Positions 50,586 through 62,296 of a stretch of 64,000 nt of DNA are shown in pieces; the stretch's first letter is position 1; each line of letters begins with the position of its first letter. Made by a program: the position numbers and the translations under genes. The stretch covers positions 18,228,001 through 18,292,000 of the forward strand of contig CM060731.1 of NCBI GenBank assembly GCA_030704615.1. Direction: 5' to 3'. Source of the stretch: Takakia lepidozioides (taxonomy: Eukaryota > Plantae > Bryophyta). A model generated the notes under the pieces. The model searched no databases and was not told the origin of the DNA. It was given only the letters and a program-made list of their open reading frames with translations.

Positions 50586-52125
50586 GTCAAATTCGCGTTA
50601 TTGCGCAATGTTCAATAACTGCATAATCCTTAAAATTGCAAACTATGAGTTTATTGTCGTACTAATGAATGATTTCTTCGACCACTTACACTTTGGTATT
50701 AGCTACTGTTCGTTAGTTCTTCTGAAGGTGACGACTTGTACTGAATGAAGCACGCGCGATCGCGTGCGCACCTTTATACCATTCTTGGACATCACATCTT
50801 CACTGTCCAATCTGAAAGAGTGCTCGACATAATCGATGAACAACCTAAGCGATATTGACAACAAGTAATATGTCAAACTGCCCTGGACTTTTGGATTGAT
50901 ATTTGGATACTATTGTGTACTATTGTGTCCAGACTGAACACCTCCGCCCATCATAAATAAGAGTGACAATGCCACCACATATAGAAATTATCATACTCTG
51001 TGTGCATGGCAAGACAGATAAAGTGCGACGGAAGATTTTAGTTGACATTGTATAATGTGAACTAATGTCTTCCGAAACACTTTACAGTTTTGAGTATGCA
51101 CTCAGACATATCCTCATATGTGTCATCTAATTATCTAGGTATCAATGGTGTTGTTGTGGTCGATAGAATACAACTACCAACCAAATGAAGCACGCGCGAC
51201 TGTGCGTGCTTCTTCAGGGCATTCTTTCACATCACATCTTCAATTTCTCATCCAATGCAGTTTACTACGGAGTCAAATTTGCGCGATTGCGCAAAGATCA
51301 ATCATTGCATAATCATTTTAATTGAAAACACTGAGTTTATTGTCCTACTAATGAATGATTTCTTCGACCACGTACAGTTTGGTATTAGCCACTGTTCGAT
51401 AGGGCTTCTATAGGTGACGACTTGCACTGAATGAAACACGCGCAATCGCGCGCGCTCCTTTTAACCATTCATGGACATTACATCTTCACTGTCTAATCAG
51501 AAACAGTGGTCGACATAATCGATGAACAACCCTAGCGATATTGACGACAAGTAATATTTCAAACTGCCCTGGACTTTTGGATTGATATTTGGATACTATT
51601 GTGTACTATTGTGTCCACACTGAACACCTCCACCCATCATACATAAGAGTGACCATGTCACCACATATAGGAATTATCATATTCTTTGTGCATGGCAAGA
51701 CAGATGAAGTGCGACGGAAGATTGTTGACATTGTATAATGTGAACTAATGTCTTCCGAAACACTTTACAGTTTTGAGTATGCTCATATGTGTCATCTAAT
51801 CATCTGGGTATCAATGGTGTTGTTGTTGGTCGCTAGAATACAAGTACCAACCAAATGAAGCACGAGCGATCGCGCGTGCTTTTTCAGGGCATTCTTTCGC
51901 ATCACATCTTCAATTTCTCATCCAATGCAATAAACTATTGAGTCAAATTAGCGCGATTGTGCAAGGTTCAATATTTGCAAAATCCTTAAAATTGAAAACA
52001 TTGAGTTTATTGTCCTACTAATGAATGATTTCTTCGACCCAGTTTGGTATTACCTACTGTTGGTTAGTGCTCCTGTAGATGACGATTTTTACTGAATGAA
52101 ACACGCGCGATCGCGCGTGCTTTGT
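50586..52125. repeat. Tandem repeat, ~670-690 bp unit, ~2.3 copies, each unit with three palindrome copies
   Basis: Units start GTCAAATT at 50586, 51272 and 51942 and share GAGTTTATTGTC.TACTAATGAATGATTTCTTCGACC. Internal sub-repeat ATGAAGCACG..CATTC..ACATCACATCTTCA. Confidence 0.92.
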
Positions 52126-54587
52126 TCAGATCATTTCCTTGATGAACGTGCTTATTGGCCTCGCTCCAAGTCCTAACTAAACCATGTTCCGCAATACTAT
52201 CACTGAAATAAACACGGGCGATCGCGCAAGGTTTCTCTATGACTCACGAAATCACTAGGAATCCCTACTTCGAGAGGCACGTAATGCAGATCATGGAAAT
52301 AATGTGCATAACCGAATCGAGCCAAAAACACAGTTTGGGATCCAGACCTGTACAGGGTAAAATGAGTTCATGTGCGATCGCGCGTGAATGGATTGTGTCA
52401 TGGTACCTATACTGAGGCCTACACCATAGGCTGCAAACCCTAAACAGTTGCTAGCTGTACCTATGAACCCTATGAAATCAGAATTTCTCATGTCTCGAAT
52501 TCGGAGTCGTTCCTCAAGGAAAGCGTACATATCCCGAAATCTTCTACAATTCCCAATCCTTCTATTGACCATCCTACCTCTTTAACTCTGGAATCAATCC
52601 AAAAATCAAAACAAGAAATCAAAACAATCAAAACAAGCAAACAATCAAGCAAACAATCAATCAAGCATGCAACTTCTACCTTCCTGCAATCTCTGCAGCC
52701 CACAGAAGAATCCCTCACTGCATGCACGAAGGGCTGGATGAGCTCTCTTGCTCGGGTGCGCACAACAGCTTCCGAGATAGCGTACTATCTTGCCCTCCTT
52801 TCACTCTGTCACACTCCCCGCACACAGTGAATTGCTCAAACCCACACTCACTCCAATTCATGCTCCCTCGATCTCTCACTCTCTCGCTAACTCGATCTCC
52901 ACCTCTCTGCCTCTCTCGCTCAGCCGCTTTCTCTCGCACCTCTTCCTTGAGTCCAAAATTGAACAGGGCTTCCGCGTGTATCAAATGAATGCAAAAGGAG
53001 ACTCCTTTCGGTCACTCATCCTTATATGCCTTACCACCTGTGATCTCAACCGTCGGTGTTATGTCGCATCCTACGGTTTGTGGCCTCGATGCATGGATGA
53101 ATGAAAGGCGGGATGTTTCGCAACGGTTCGCTGAGGACCCCTAAATTTATGCAGGTACAATCAATGATGCGACATGACTGTCAGTAATGAATGGACTCCA
53201 CTAGTTTGTCCAGAGCGTTACGGCGCGGCAATCCGACGTCTTCATAAAGTGAACACCCTGGAATTATTGCGGATTCCCGTGACGGCGCTCATCCATGAGG
53301 GGAGTTGAATCATCCACTAGGGTAGTCATCTCATCCAGTATACGTCTGTTTCATCCGTGAAAGCTCTTATTTCATCCACTGATAAAAATATTATTCATAG
53401 GTTCAATAATGAGGTGTCGGGACGTGCATCTGGGATTTGATCGGTCTCACGTTTTCTCTACCTACACCTCATCTACGACCCCACGTTCATTGCGGCTACT
53501 TAATGTCACCATGCCATAGATGGCCGTCGGCTCATCACAATGGCCTTAAGAGGCGGCCACTTTCGTCGCCGACTATTCCTTCTCTTGTATCATTAATTCA
53601 ACATCGGATTTTCTGCTTCTCTGGTGCTTTGGATGTCAGATTCCAGATCTCGAATTAGTTAGTTATTCGCATTAGATGCAATAACTTAGGGACCCATTAA
53701 TGTTCGATGGATTTCAGACTCCTACTTGAATTTATGCGCTGGAGGACACATAAGAGCCACTAGATTACACGAAAGAGCATATCCAGGGCGACAATTTGTC
53801 GATCCATGACACTCCAAACGCACCTCTGTAATGTGAACACGTCGACCTCGTACTGTTTGACAATCCGTATAAGAGCCTGCCCTATGCACACTTGCCATTT
53901 TTTCCCTCTCAGTTGCTCTGGCTCGCTGATCTTCAGGACTGTCTGTTTTACGTTCATTCTTCCCTTTGTACTCCTGTCAATATTGAGAGCCTCTCCACAT
54001 CATCTGGGTTTCTCTTCTGTCTCTCTGCTCCTCTATTCCTATCCACTGTCTGCAAAGATCTTACATACACACCCGACCGTTTTATGTACTTCGAATGATC
54101 ACTCGCACTCCAGCTGTTTCGTTCATCTATGTTTCATTTATTCATCCATTTGCTTACCTGTCATCCGAAAGTCGTCTACCATTATTCATCCGTCCTTCAT
54201 TTCATCCATGTGAACCACGCGCGAACGCCCGTCGATGTGGTTCTATTTCTGTTATGGAATCGTACACAATGTTGTGCATTCGGGTCGTAGCTTTAGCATA
54301 TCCTTTAATTTTCTACAAATTTTTGTTTCGACCAATAGAGACCTACGTTCTACATTCTAGTAGACAATCCAAGAGTCCGAGTTCTATTTTCAATTTCCAA
54401 ATCATTATAACCCTAAACTCGGGCGATCGCGCGAGGTTTTTTTTCATCTTCATCCTCAGTTTTTCTAAACAAACTTCAGTAACTTATTGTTTCACTATTT
54501 CTTAGTGTCCATCGATATAGTGTCGAATTATTAATCACCAGAATCTCTACTGTAGGATACACGTGCAATCGCGCGAGGTTCGTGGAA

Positions 54588-57500
54588 ATGTCGTTGTTCC
54601 AAACTGGTCAACAAGTTCTCCTCACTCTTCAGGGCTCCAACTCTATCGTCGCAACAGCAGAATGTCTCAACGTGACTGGTTGCGGAAGTTGTCATGGACG
54701 ACAGCTAAACGGGTCCACAATATCTGTTGTTATAGTGTCTTGCGATCCGGCACATTCTTCTGTGTCGTTGCCATATCCGCACATGGATGCGGACTCTTTG
54801 GGAGAAGCAATCGGAACACCTGTCGTTTGGGATGTGGTGCAAATTCAAAAAGATACTGGGACTGACACCAACACCAACACCAACAATGAGGTTCCTCGGT
54901 TCTCGGAAGTCGAATTGCCATCTGCGGCTGATTACCATCCAAAATTCAATGAACAAATTGAATCTAACATGTCAAGGCCGTCTCCGAATAACGATGTTGC
55001 TATGGGTAGATACAGTTGGAGAAATAAATTGTGTATTCTCTTTGGAGATGAACAAAGTGCTTTGTACGAGGGCAGAATTCAAGCATGTTATCCTGACGAG
55101 GTGATACTTTATGAGAAAGTTGGAGAACATCACGTCGGGGTACTCGTTACAAGGATTTTGAATGGTGGTTCGGCCAATCTCATGTGTCTCGTGAACTGGC
55201 CATTGACGCAGACTCGGTTGATTGATAGTAGCAGGACATTGTCATATGAGCTTCATAGTTTCATCAATAGCCGGGAACAAACAGATATTGGTCACAACGA
55301 AAAAGGTGTGAAAAAAGCAGCATACCAGCATTTCAACAGACCAAAAAAAGATCCGAAAAAAGACGATTCCAAAAAGATAAATACTCGCCTCTCTCTGCAG
55401 GCAGTTCGAGAAATTAGCAGCAAACAATGTTGCAATTTACAGTGTTGCCAATATTTCGGCTGGAGAAAAACACTCGCTATCCGGACTGCTTCTTGGGGAT
55501 CCTCTTACGACGAACAGAGAGAGCTCGGTTTTGATGTTCCCAAAAGACTTCATCGAATCGACGGGGTTTCGACAAAGGCCTACATAACCATTGAGAGCGT
55601 TGATGTGTATGAGACAACTTGGTGGACAATTCACGGAATCGGTCGTTCAACCTACATGGAATACAAAAAACTAAGCAGAGAGGGTGTGGTTACATCTTTG
55701 CACGGGAATTCCGGAGTGAAACGGCCCCGTCCACAAACTCGTCAAGCTGAAGGAAACTTAATGTCGATTATAAACGGAAATTCCGATCTCATGCCTCATA
55801 AGACCCGCTGTATGGAAGACGGATGGAGAGATACTCTTCGAGTTCTGCCACCTGAACTGAACTGGAAAAAATTCGTGAGGAGTGTAATGAGGTCAGTTCT
55901 TCTTCTTTTTACCACTTTCCGAATTCTATATTTTTTGGGACCTTCCCTGTTTTACTTCCACGCAATGTATCAGACCTGTCACTATTAAAGCTCGGGTGAT
56001 CGCACGAGGTTCATTTCCCCCTTTCTGTCTTGTAGGCGAATAAAATATGTGGGTTGAAGCTTATCTCCCAGGTAGCCGTCAGCAGAATCAGACAACAGAT
56101 TTTTCCCAATGTCGAGGTTAGAAAAAGTGGTAGCACGTTTGCCAAATGCATAGACTGTGAGATGCTCAAAGACCTAATCAAGAAGTCAGTCAAACGTAGC
56201 GATGAGCAGGCCTCGCACAAGAAAGCACTTGATAAGCACCTCAGGCTTCAAGAGTCTTGCAGGAGACTCTATCACAACTGGAGGAATGAGTCAGTTATGA
56301 TGCCGTCCGAGTTCCTCTACATCATTCATGACAAGATGGATCATCGGAAAACAGCTATTCCAAGGTTGTAGATGACGAACAAGATGGTCTCCGGCTTAGG
56401 TCAGCTTCCAATCTCGCTAACCGGCATGGTCACCCACGGCCACGGGGACGGAGCCTACGGACAGTACTCTCTAGACTTCTGGCCGGGAGATCCGAACTTC
56501 CCGATTGGCTCTCTAGCAAGATGCCTCCGCCAACTAGAGAAGCCCTCTTGCCGTGAAAGTCGTAACATCTTTGACCACCTACCTCAGAATTCATTTTTCG
56601 AATCTTTCATGAAGGGTAAATCGAGGTGTCTCGACGTCCTGAAACCTTTCGGCGATAAAGAGAAGAAAAAATGTAAAGTCCCACTTCCGCGAAGAGTCTA
56701 CCTGCAGATGGACAACTGCGTGAAGGAAAACAAAAACAGGTGGATGCTGGCTTTTCTGTCGCTCCTAACTGCGAGAGGAGTGTTTGAGGAGATTCAAATG
56801 GGATTTCTCATGGTTGGCCATACCTATGAGGACTTCGACGGATTCTTCAGTTATTTATCGAAGAAGCTAAAGCAAAACAGCACCTACGTTCTCTCCGATC
56901 TTATGAGGTTTTTTACGATCTCTCAAGATTTGCAATTTATTCCTCAAATCATTCAAGAGGTGCCAGATTTCAAGGCGTATGTGGACGGTTGCATTCTCGA
57001 TGGAAAAGAGGCTTTAGTCGGGCAAACAGAAATGCATGTATTTCGATTCTATGTAGATGAAGATGGTTGGCCTGTCATGAAGTTTAAGAAGTTTGCTACT
57101 GATTCTGAGTGGCTCTCCAAAAAAGGTGTGGTGAAGATGTGGATGTCGAATCCCGATGGATCTCCAAAGTTGCCTGTAGCAGTACAACTCAGGGCTGTAA
57201 AAAAAACACCAATTTGGGGTGTGAGAGATGACTCATCCGATAAACAGTCTTTTATCAAAACTGGAATTAAAAAATACAGGGAGTTCTGGAAGAAGGGGAT
57301 GTTGCTTAACGATCATTATCGTGATTTCATGATACAATATGATCAATACTGGGAAGCAATCCTTGCAGAACTTGATCTTTCCATTCCTGGAGAATCACGA
57401 CATTCAATCGCGCTTAAAGAGGGTTTTTGGCCCTCAACCAAGTAGGCTGTCAACCACCACAGAGCCGGAATTCATACACCTGCAGAGGATGATCTGTCGG

Positions 57501-57968
57501 AAGAAGATGAAGTCATGGAGCCGTATTGTGGCCCCTAGTGTGATAGACCGAAGCAGCCTCTAAATCCGTTCAAGGACATTGATAACGGATTCTTCGTCTT
57601 GGTTCGACCAGTAGATACTATGATGTTTCCAGTTTGGATGGGAATGACAATATCGGATGTGGTTCGCGACAGAGGATCCAGTTAAGAAGGTCTATGTCGA
57701 ATGGTGGAGACCCAAAAAATGAGGTAGCCCTTCCGATTTGGACAGGTACAGAGATTGTTGGTCCAAAGTTTAGGAGTTCAATCTAGATGATCCCCCTCAG
57801 TGGATTCACATTAACTCTGTCGTTTGGACAATGCATGCCAGGAAAAACACAACACGTAATAGCTCTAAAAAAATTACCGCAGTGGAGGCGGAGAAAGCAT
57901 GAACAAATTTGGATGAGGCTAAGTCAGACAATGAAGACAATGCAACCTCCGGCGGAGAACAAGGTTGA
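54588..57968 (+). pseudogene. Sola-like DDE transposase (decayed, one intron)
   Basis: Cys motifs CCNLQC and FAKCIDC. Catalytic-type motifs IIHDKMD, VYLQMDNCVKENKN and FLMVGHTYEDFD. GT-AG intron at 55892-56035. Frameshift near 55870 and premature TAGs at 56369 and 57443. The C-terminal part (FFVLVRP..PVWMG..VEWWRP..YRDCW) runs to TGA 57968. Sola assignment rests on motif resemblance. Confidence 0.8.
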
Positions 57969-58739
57969 CAAGGACATATTGTGGAGGTTCACTCCTCGAT
58001 ATCTTTTCAAGAATAAAACTAATGTTTTACCTCCACTCTCCATTTATTTATCTTCACGTCTTATTATTTACGCATGCATGTTCTGGACTAACGAATGTAG
58101 TGGCAGGGATGAGCTCTTCAAATATTAATCTACCTTCTTTGCCAGCCACCAGCTTTTTTCCGGACCTCATCTCTGTAACGTTTCAGGATCCTCGAGTGAT
58201 CATCCGGAGTTCCTAGTTTTCCTGATGTCACTGCTTCCTTCTCTTTGCAGTTCCTCCCTCACATTACACCCATTTCTTTTGGTTCTCTGGTTCTCACCAA
58301 AGTGTCTTCTCCTCAACAGATTCGCCCATCTCCTTAATTCTCGGTCCACATGGTCGTATTGTTGGGCTCAATATGATTGGTCTAAAAAATATCCTGAGTA
58401 TAAACCGCGTGGTAATTTGTGAAAGTTGTTACTTCAATGGACAAGCTTTCTCGCGGTTTACTGATTCTGAATCTTGTCAATCTTCTCCCATTACTCGTCA
58501 GTAGCTTTCTGTAAGTCTGGCTTCAAGTACAGAGTTACATTTCCTTTACTGCCTTTTCGGACTATCTTAAGATTCTTCTCAATTTTCTTCGTCACTAATC
58601 AGTCCTGAACCTCGCTTTGCCACCCGTTATTCCGTGTCATCGCAGGTCAATTTATCTTGGGTCTGTTTATCTTATTAGGACCTTCTAAAGACAATACTTT
58701 TGGGGCCTTCAGTCCTTACATTGTCCTCACCTTAAATCA

Positions 58740-59480
58740 TATACCCTAAACCTAATTCGAATGTTTGATGCGCATTCTTCAACGGTTACAAGGTTGGGCA
58801 TAATAGAATGGCCCTTGAGATATTTCATTCAAGTCTAATTTCTTAGGTGACAAGTCACTTGTACACTTTCCCAGATTTCTGTCATTTTTTGACTCACATT
58901 CCATAATTGTTTGTCCATTTATAGTTCTCTAAACCCTAAACCCTAAGCCCTTAAACGTAACTCCCTTGTTTGATGCACATTCTTCGTAGATTAGACAATC
59001 TGTGGTTGGAAAATTTTATTCCCTAAACCCTAAAGCATAAGTGACAAGTCATCTGTACCTTTCCCAATATTTTCTTTTCCATTCATACCGAGTACTATGG
59101 TTAGTACCCTCGCAAACTCTATACCCTAAAACCTAATTTCAATGTTTGTTGCTTATTTATTTATTACTTCCAATTTTGGGTACGGTCGAAGTGGTGGGGA
59201 TAATATTTCATGAATTGTTCTACGTATGGGTAAAGACTCAAACTCCATAATTGTTTGTCCTTTTATAGTTTTCTAAAACCCTAAACCCTAAACCAAACTC
59301 CACTGTTTGATTCACATTCCTCATAGAAATTTGGATACAATCTGTGGTTGGGATATTTCATTAACAAATTTTCATAGGTGCCAAGTCATCTGTACACTTT
59401 CCCATATTTTCTTTTCCATTCATACCAAGTACTATGTTTCAATGTACCCTAGCAAACTCTATAACCGAAAACCTAATTCC
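58740..59480. repeat. ~340-380 bp tandem repeat rich in telomere-like CCCTAAA
   Basis: TCCATAATTGTTTGTCC..CTAAACCCTAAACCCTAA occurs at ~58900 and ~59244. ACCCTAAA(A)CCTAATT occurs at ~58743 and ~59122, with a variant at ~59463. GACAAGTCA/GCCAAGTCA..TGTACACTTTCCCA occurs three times. Confidence 0.75.
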
Positions 59481-62031
59481 AGCTTGGTTTAATGACTTTA
59501 TAACTGAATCTACATGACATTCTTCCACAATATTTGGTTGTCATATGACCATCGGAATGATCCCTAAATATTTTGAAACATAATTCACATGTTTCATAGA
59601 AATCCAACCTTATTCCATTCAACGTTTTAATCCATCAATTGAAAACTTGCAATACATTGGTTCATGGTACTACTATACTGTAAGCATGGTATGAATGTTT
59701 ACTTTTCATTTGTATATTATTATCTTCTTGAATCATCTGTTTATGTCATACATCTATCAATTTATTAATAACTTCATTCAATCGATCTTATCTTTATAAT
59801 TTTCTGATGCAAAGTACGTCATTCGACTTACCATTCGATGTTACATGAATGGGATTGTGCAACTTCACAAGTGAAATGACTCAATATTCCACGATATTAT
59901 TATTAATACCTGAATTAATTTTAAATTATGTTATATATTAAGTTTGGTCCGGATTTAAGCCAAAAGTCCGGAATTACTTAAAATAGGGTTATGTGTTTGA
60001 AACGATAATCAAATCAAAGTTTGAAATTAATTCTCATAACATATATTTTTTCAACTTCGGAGGACGAAAAATATAATAATATTGCATTTTACTACTTCAA
60101 TAAAAATTATGGTGATATTGCATGTTATCATATAGTATTCACATAATCATCTCCACAACGTGTCTACAGCTCCCAGTGACAATGAATTCTTTCAAAATTA
60201 TTGTATTTGCGGGTAGCTATGAATGAGTTTGATTGTACTTTCGTGGATTCGACCAATGTTGGTAATCCGCATACCGATCAATGCGGAACAACCGCATTTG
60301 CAATCTTTAAGTATCCAATCGATTTGACAGATGACAACAACAAATTATGGAGGCACAAAAATATCTTCTGAGTACCATGAACTTAGGCCATTAGATGCCG
60401 CACATCTCCTAAGAAATATCCACATTGGCTACAATTATCTCCCAGACTTTATTCTGAACGTGATCAACGGGGGCATACTTGAGCATGACTACAATGGTAA
60501 CGATATCCCGGTTTCATGTTGGGAAGGAACATGCCAAGGTCCAAACATCAATTGGGACGGAAGCATAGGCCCTCCTTCTAATATTTGCCCTAATGGCATT
60601 GCCTAAAATGTGACTAGATTGTTTCAGTTGGCATTCATCTATATTATGAAGGAAAACTACTACACAAATAGTGTGTATGATATTAAATAAGTTGCATGGA
60701 TATGCATTGATATTTTAGAGGTTTTAGAGCATGTGGCTAAGGATGCTAGTAAGAGGACCTAAAATTGAATGCAAAAGATAGAATAAGTTGATGTGATAAT
60801 CAAGAAAGTTTTCCATTTTTCTAGTTGAAGAATGACAGCTTGCAGTATTGTAATATGAGCCAATTTTCATTGAAATAATTAAAGTTTGAGGGAAATTTTT
60901 GACTTACAGATTATAACTCCAATTCATGGATTCAAAATGTTCAAATTAAGCATACAGTCAATCCGATAAGTATACATGGAAATGTAATACTTGGAAGAAG
61001 AATATTGGCATAATAAGAGGACAACTGAAGGTATTGGGTGTGCATTGGGTTTCATCATTCGTTGTTACAATCAATACATGAAGCAAGGTAATATGTTGGC
61101 TCTCCTGTAGAGAGAGACTATGCAACATGTTCAAGTACTCAATGGAGAAAATGTTGTCAAAGGACCCTACAACGTTTCGAGGCTCCGATTAGTGTGTTGT
61201 GCTGAGTCATCCCCCATACTTCCACCTTCATTTTATGTTTTGCCAAAGCAAGAGAGTCGATCGCCGTTTTAGGCTTGTTTTGTTTTGTTTGTTTTGTAGC
61301 ATCGTTGAGATCTCCCAAACCGTTAGGCCTGTGCCCGTGGTCTTGATATCAATGGAAAGCTCTCAAGGAGTAGGGGTGCATTGAGGTGGTTTCATAATTT
61401 TGGGACATACGGGAGATGAGATATTGAATTTCAAGTAATTTTTGTTGATAGAAATTCATGAAAATAGCAGAGTGGGTTTTTCTGGAATATGAAATGAAGA
61501 GTTGATCCGTTATATTTAGTGTACAAATGTTTATATGAGCATACCATGATAGAGAGATGGAAAATCAGATTTCTACATGAGTATTTAGTTTATTTTCGGT
61601 AAGTTAAGATATCCATATGAAGAAGTAACTAAGCACTTGGTTGGGTTACGATCACCCTCCAACTCTTAATGCACCGATTGTTGCTGATCCACCTGCAAGT
61701 CTTATATTTCCAAGGTTTTTTACTTTACATTTTCCACGGTTGAGATCCAATATCCCTCTTCATATTTACTAATGATTTGAACAAGCATACAATAACTCAA
61801 TGTGCACTATTCGAATTTGTGTTGTGGTGTATAAAATATGTCTTTATGATTTTTTCACATTCCATCAACTACATATCAGGCACATTAAGACTCTAATACT
61901 ATAGACTTATAGCTCTTTCCAACTAATTTCTCCTTGGTGCAAATTAATACATGAGTCAATCTCCCAAAAACAAAAATCCAGGATTTTCTTTTTTAATGCT
62001 TGATCATGGCATTTTTTTTTTTTTTTGAACC

Positions 62032-62296
62032 CACAAATCCAAGAATTATGTCAATATTTTCATGGATTCTACTGTTTTATTTTTTTTGTTTCTATGATAA
62101 CTAATCTATACTAGAATAACTATTAGATTTTTCTTGATTTATGCATAATAGTTTAAAATCTATTTGGTTACATTAGTTGTATACTTTAAAATTTCCCTTG
62201 GTCCCTCAGTTATTTCCTACAATACTTCAATTCAAATTTCAAGTGTCCTTTGAATATTTGCATAAATTAATCTTGCTGTAATTTATGCACACTAGA
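62032..62296 (+). repeat. AT-rich dispersed repeat (copy 2 of 35717-36051)
   Basis: Direct-orientation homologue lacking ~70 bp of the middle. A third partial copy lies at 62643-62735. Confidence 0.8.

Larger units (their letters stand above)
41801..56008. repeat. Dispersed 18-bp palindrome CACGCGCGATCGCGCGTG (~20 copies)
   Basis: Copies start at about 41801, 42746, 44278, 45449, 47826 (perfect), 47914, 50234, 50425, 50751, 51191, 51437, 51861, 52102 (perfect), 52213, 52369, 54216, 54418, 54560 and 55991. More degenerate copies at ~50592, ~51278 and ~51948. Confidence 0.93.
40210..59500. mobile_element. Giant (~19-20 kb) decayed Sola-like DDE DNA transposon with accessory genes; ends approximate
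   Basis: Transposase at 54588-57968 (+) and divergent accessory genes at ~50170-40600 (-). The shared 18-bp palindrome runs from 41801 to 56008 and was not seen elsewhere in the window. Internal and right-end tandem repeats are present. No TIR/TSD resolved. Confidence 0.7.

Noticed and set aside
41801-56008. CRISPR-like array of palindromic repeats
   Set aside because: Spacing is irregular (about 90 bp to over 2 kb), there are no cas genes, and the context is eukaryotic with introns.
40214-58633. TIR pair AACGGGTG (~40218) / CACCCGTT (~58621)
   Set aside because: Only about 8 bp match and there is no TSD; compatible with chance.
40210-59500. Endogenous giant virus or Polinton
   Set aside because: No capsid, packaging ATPase, PolB or integrase recognised. 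Spliceosomal introns and a cut-and-paste-type transposase fit a DNA transposon.
60331-60606. GH19 chitinase fragment (NVINGG)
   Set aside because: Only one short motif resembles the family; the following conserved Cys and other motifs are missing.
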